NCBI GenBank assembly: GCA_951406725.2
Contig: OX597834.1
Location: forward strand, 23,126,001 to 23,190,000
Direction: 5' to 3'
Source: Octopus vulgaris
Lineage: Eukaryota
DNA length: 64,000 nt
A model generated the notes under the pieces. It saw only the letters and a program-made list of their open reading frames with translations, was not told the DNA's origin and did no database searches. Each line of letters opens with the position of its first letter. Positions within the stretch are counted from its first letter, which is position 1. Below, in pieces: positions 62,834 through 64,000 of this stretch. Position numbers and translations under genes: made by a program.

Positions 62834-63142
62834 TTACTGAAGAAGAGAGGTCAACTTTTACAGGACGTGTCCATAGCCAACTTACTCTCCGTCGACACTG
62901 ACATGTTCCATGAGTGTACTGCTTTCCTGTGGGTGCTTTGGTCGGCCCCGTTTCAGTTTATCATCTGTTTTGTCATTCTTGCGGTGCACTTCAAATATGT
63001 CGCCCTCTACTGTGGCCTCATCTTCCCTGCGTACATCTTAGTACGGTACTGCCTGAAAAAGATTGGTGAATGTCAAGAGGAATTTTTGAATGAGAAAGAC
63101 AACCGACGATGTGTGATGAAGGAAATCATGGACAAAATAAAA
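62834..63142 (+). CDS. ABCC1-like: ABCC exon 10 (TMD1)
   Basis: IANLLSVDT..LWSAPFQ..KDNR..MKEIMDKIK; AG/GTAAGC. Confidence 0.92.
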
Positions 63143-63210
63143 GTAAGCTTTGTCTTATTAATTTCAGTTTTGTCTTTCTTCAGATGCTTTGCCAATTTCC
63201 TGACACTGTA

Positions 63211-63393
<183 letters not shown>

Positions 63394-63781
63394 GTAATAA
63401 TAATAATAATCCTTTCTACTATAGGCACAAGGCCTGGAATTTAAGGGAAGGGGGATAATCAATTACATCAACCCCAGCACTTGACTGGTTCTTAATTTAT
63501 CAACCATGATAGAATAGAAAGCAAAGTTGACCTCAGTGGAATTTGGGAAACAGATAAACTAGATTAATCACATTCAGAACCTGTGTGTTTGAAATCTGTG
63601 TTTCCACAAAAGAAAGAAGGCTAGAAATACTTTCCCAGTTTCTCAATTCAAAAAACATCTGCTATTTATTCAACTTTTTTTCTTCTTCTTCACTGATTAT
63701 AAATGTCTGTGTGTCCCCACACATGTATTAAATTGTCACTGTGTTTGATAGTGTTGCTTTCTATTTCATTGTTATTCACAG

Positions 63782-63919
63782 GTTATAAAACTTCAAGCTT
63801 TAGAGTCAATTTTTCTGAAGAAATTACAAGACATCCGAATAAAAGAACTCAGCTTTTTGCAAAAACGTCTTCTCTGGGATGCCTTCATTGCAACAATCTC
63901 TGAAGTTCTTCCATTTGTG
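63782..63919 (+). CDS. ABCC1-like: ABCC exon 11 equivalent (last in window; gene continues)
   Basis: VIKLQALE..IRIKEL..PFV; homologous to MRP1 VLKLYAWE..IRQEEL. Confidence 0.9.
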
Positions 63920-64000
63920 GTATGAAAAATATTGATTTATCATTCCTTCTGGGGTTTTTTTCACCTTTTGTCTGTTTTCTATGAATTGTAGACTGTTTGT

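Overview
Eukaryotic, AT-rich, repeat-dense DNA. The tandem C2H2 zinc-finger genes and the SINE/RTE repertoire suggest a coleoid cephalopod (Octopus-like); this is inference. The left part holds two minus-strand C2H2-ZNF paralogs (9 fingers; 10 intact + 2 degenerate), each with a non-coding first exon. Between them lies a third minus-strand two-exon gene that shares their promoter/first-exon module but encodes only the DNA-binding HTH region of a Tc1/mariner transposase plus a (DSPSNVT)n tail, a candidate domesticated-transposase regulator. From 26.8 kb to the window end runs a plus-strand long-form ABCC/MRP transporter gene (10 coding exons traced, first intron about 23 kb, continues beyond the window). 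The rest is transposon-derived: RTE, RTE-X, CR1, L1/Tx1, CRE, Gypsy, Penelope-like remnants with minimal hammerhead ribozymes, mariner, hAT, MITEs, Helentron-like elements and SINEs. Fold-back palindromes and short locally templated duplications are frequent. All calls were made by eye; repeat boundaries are approximate.
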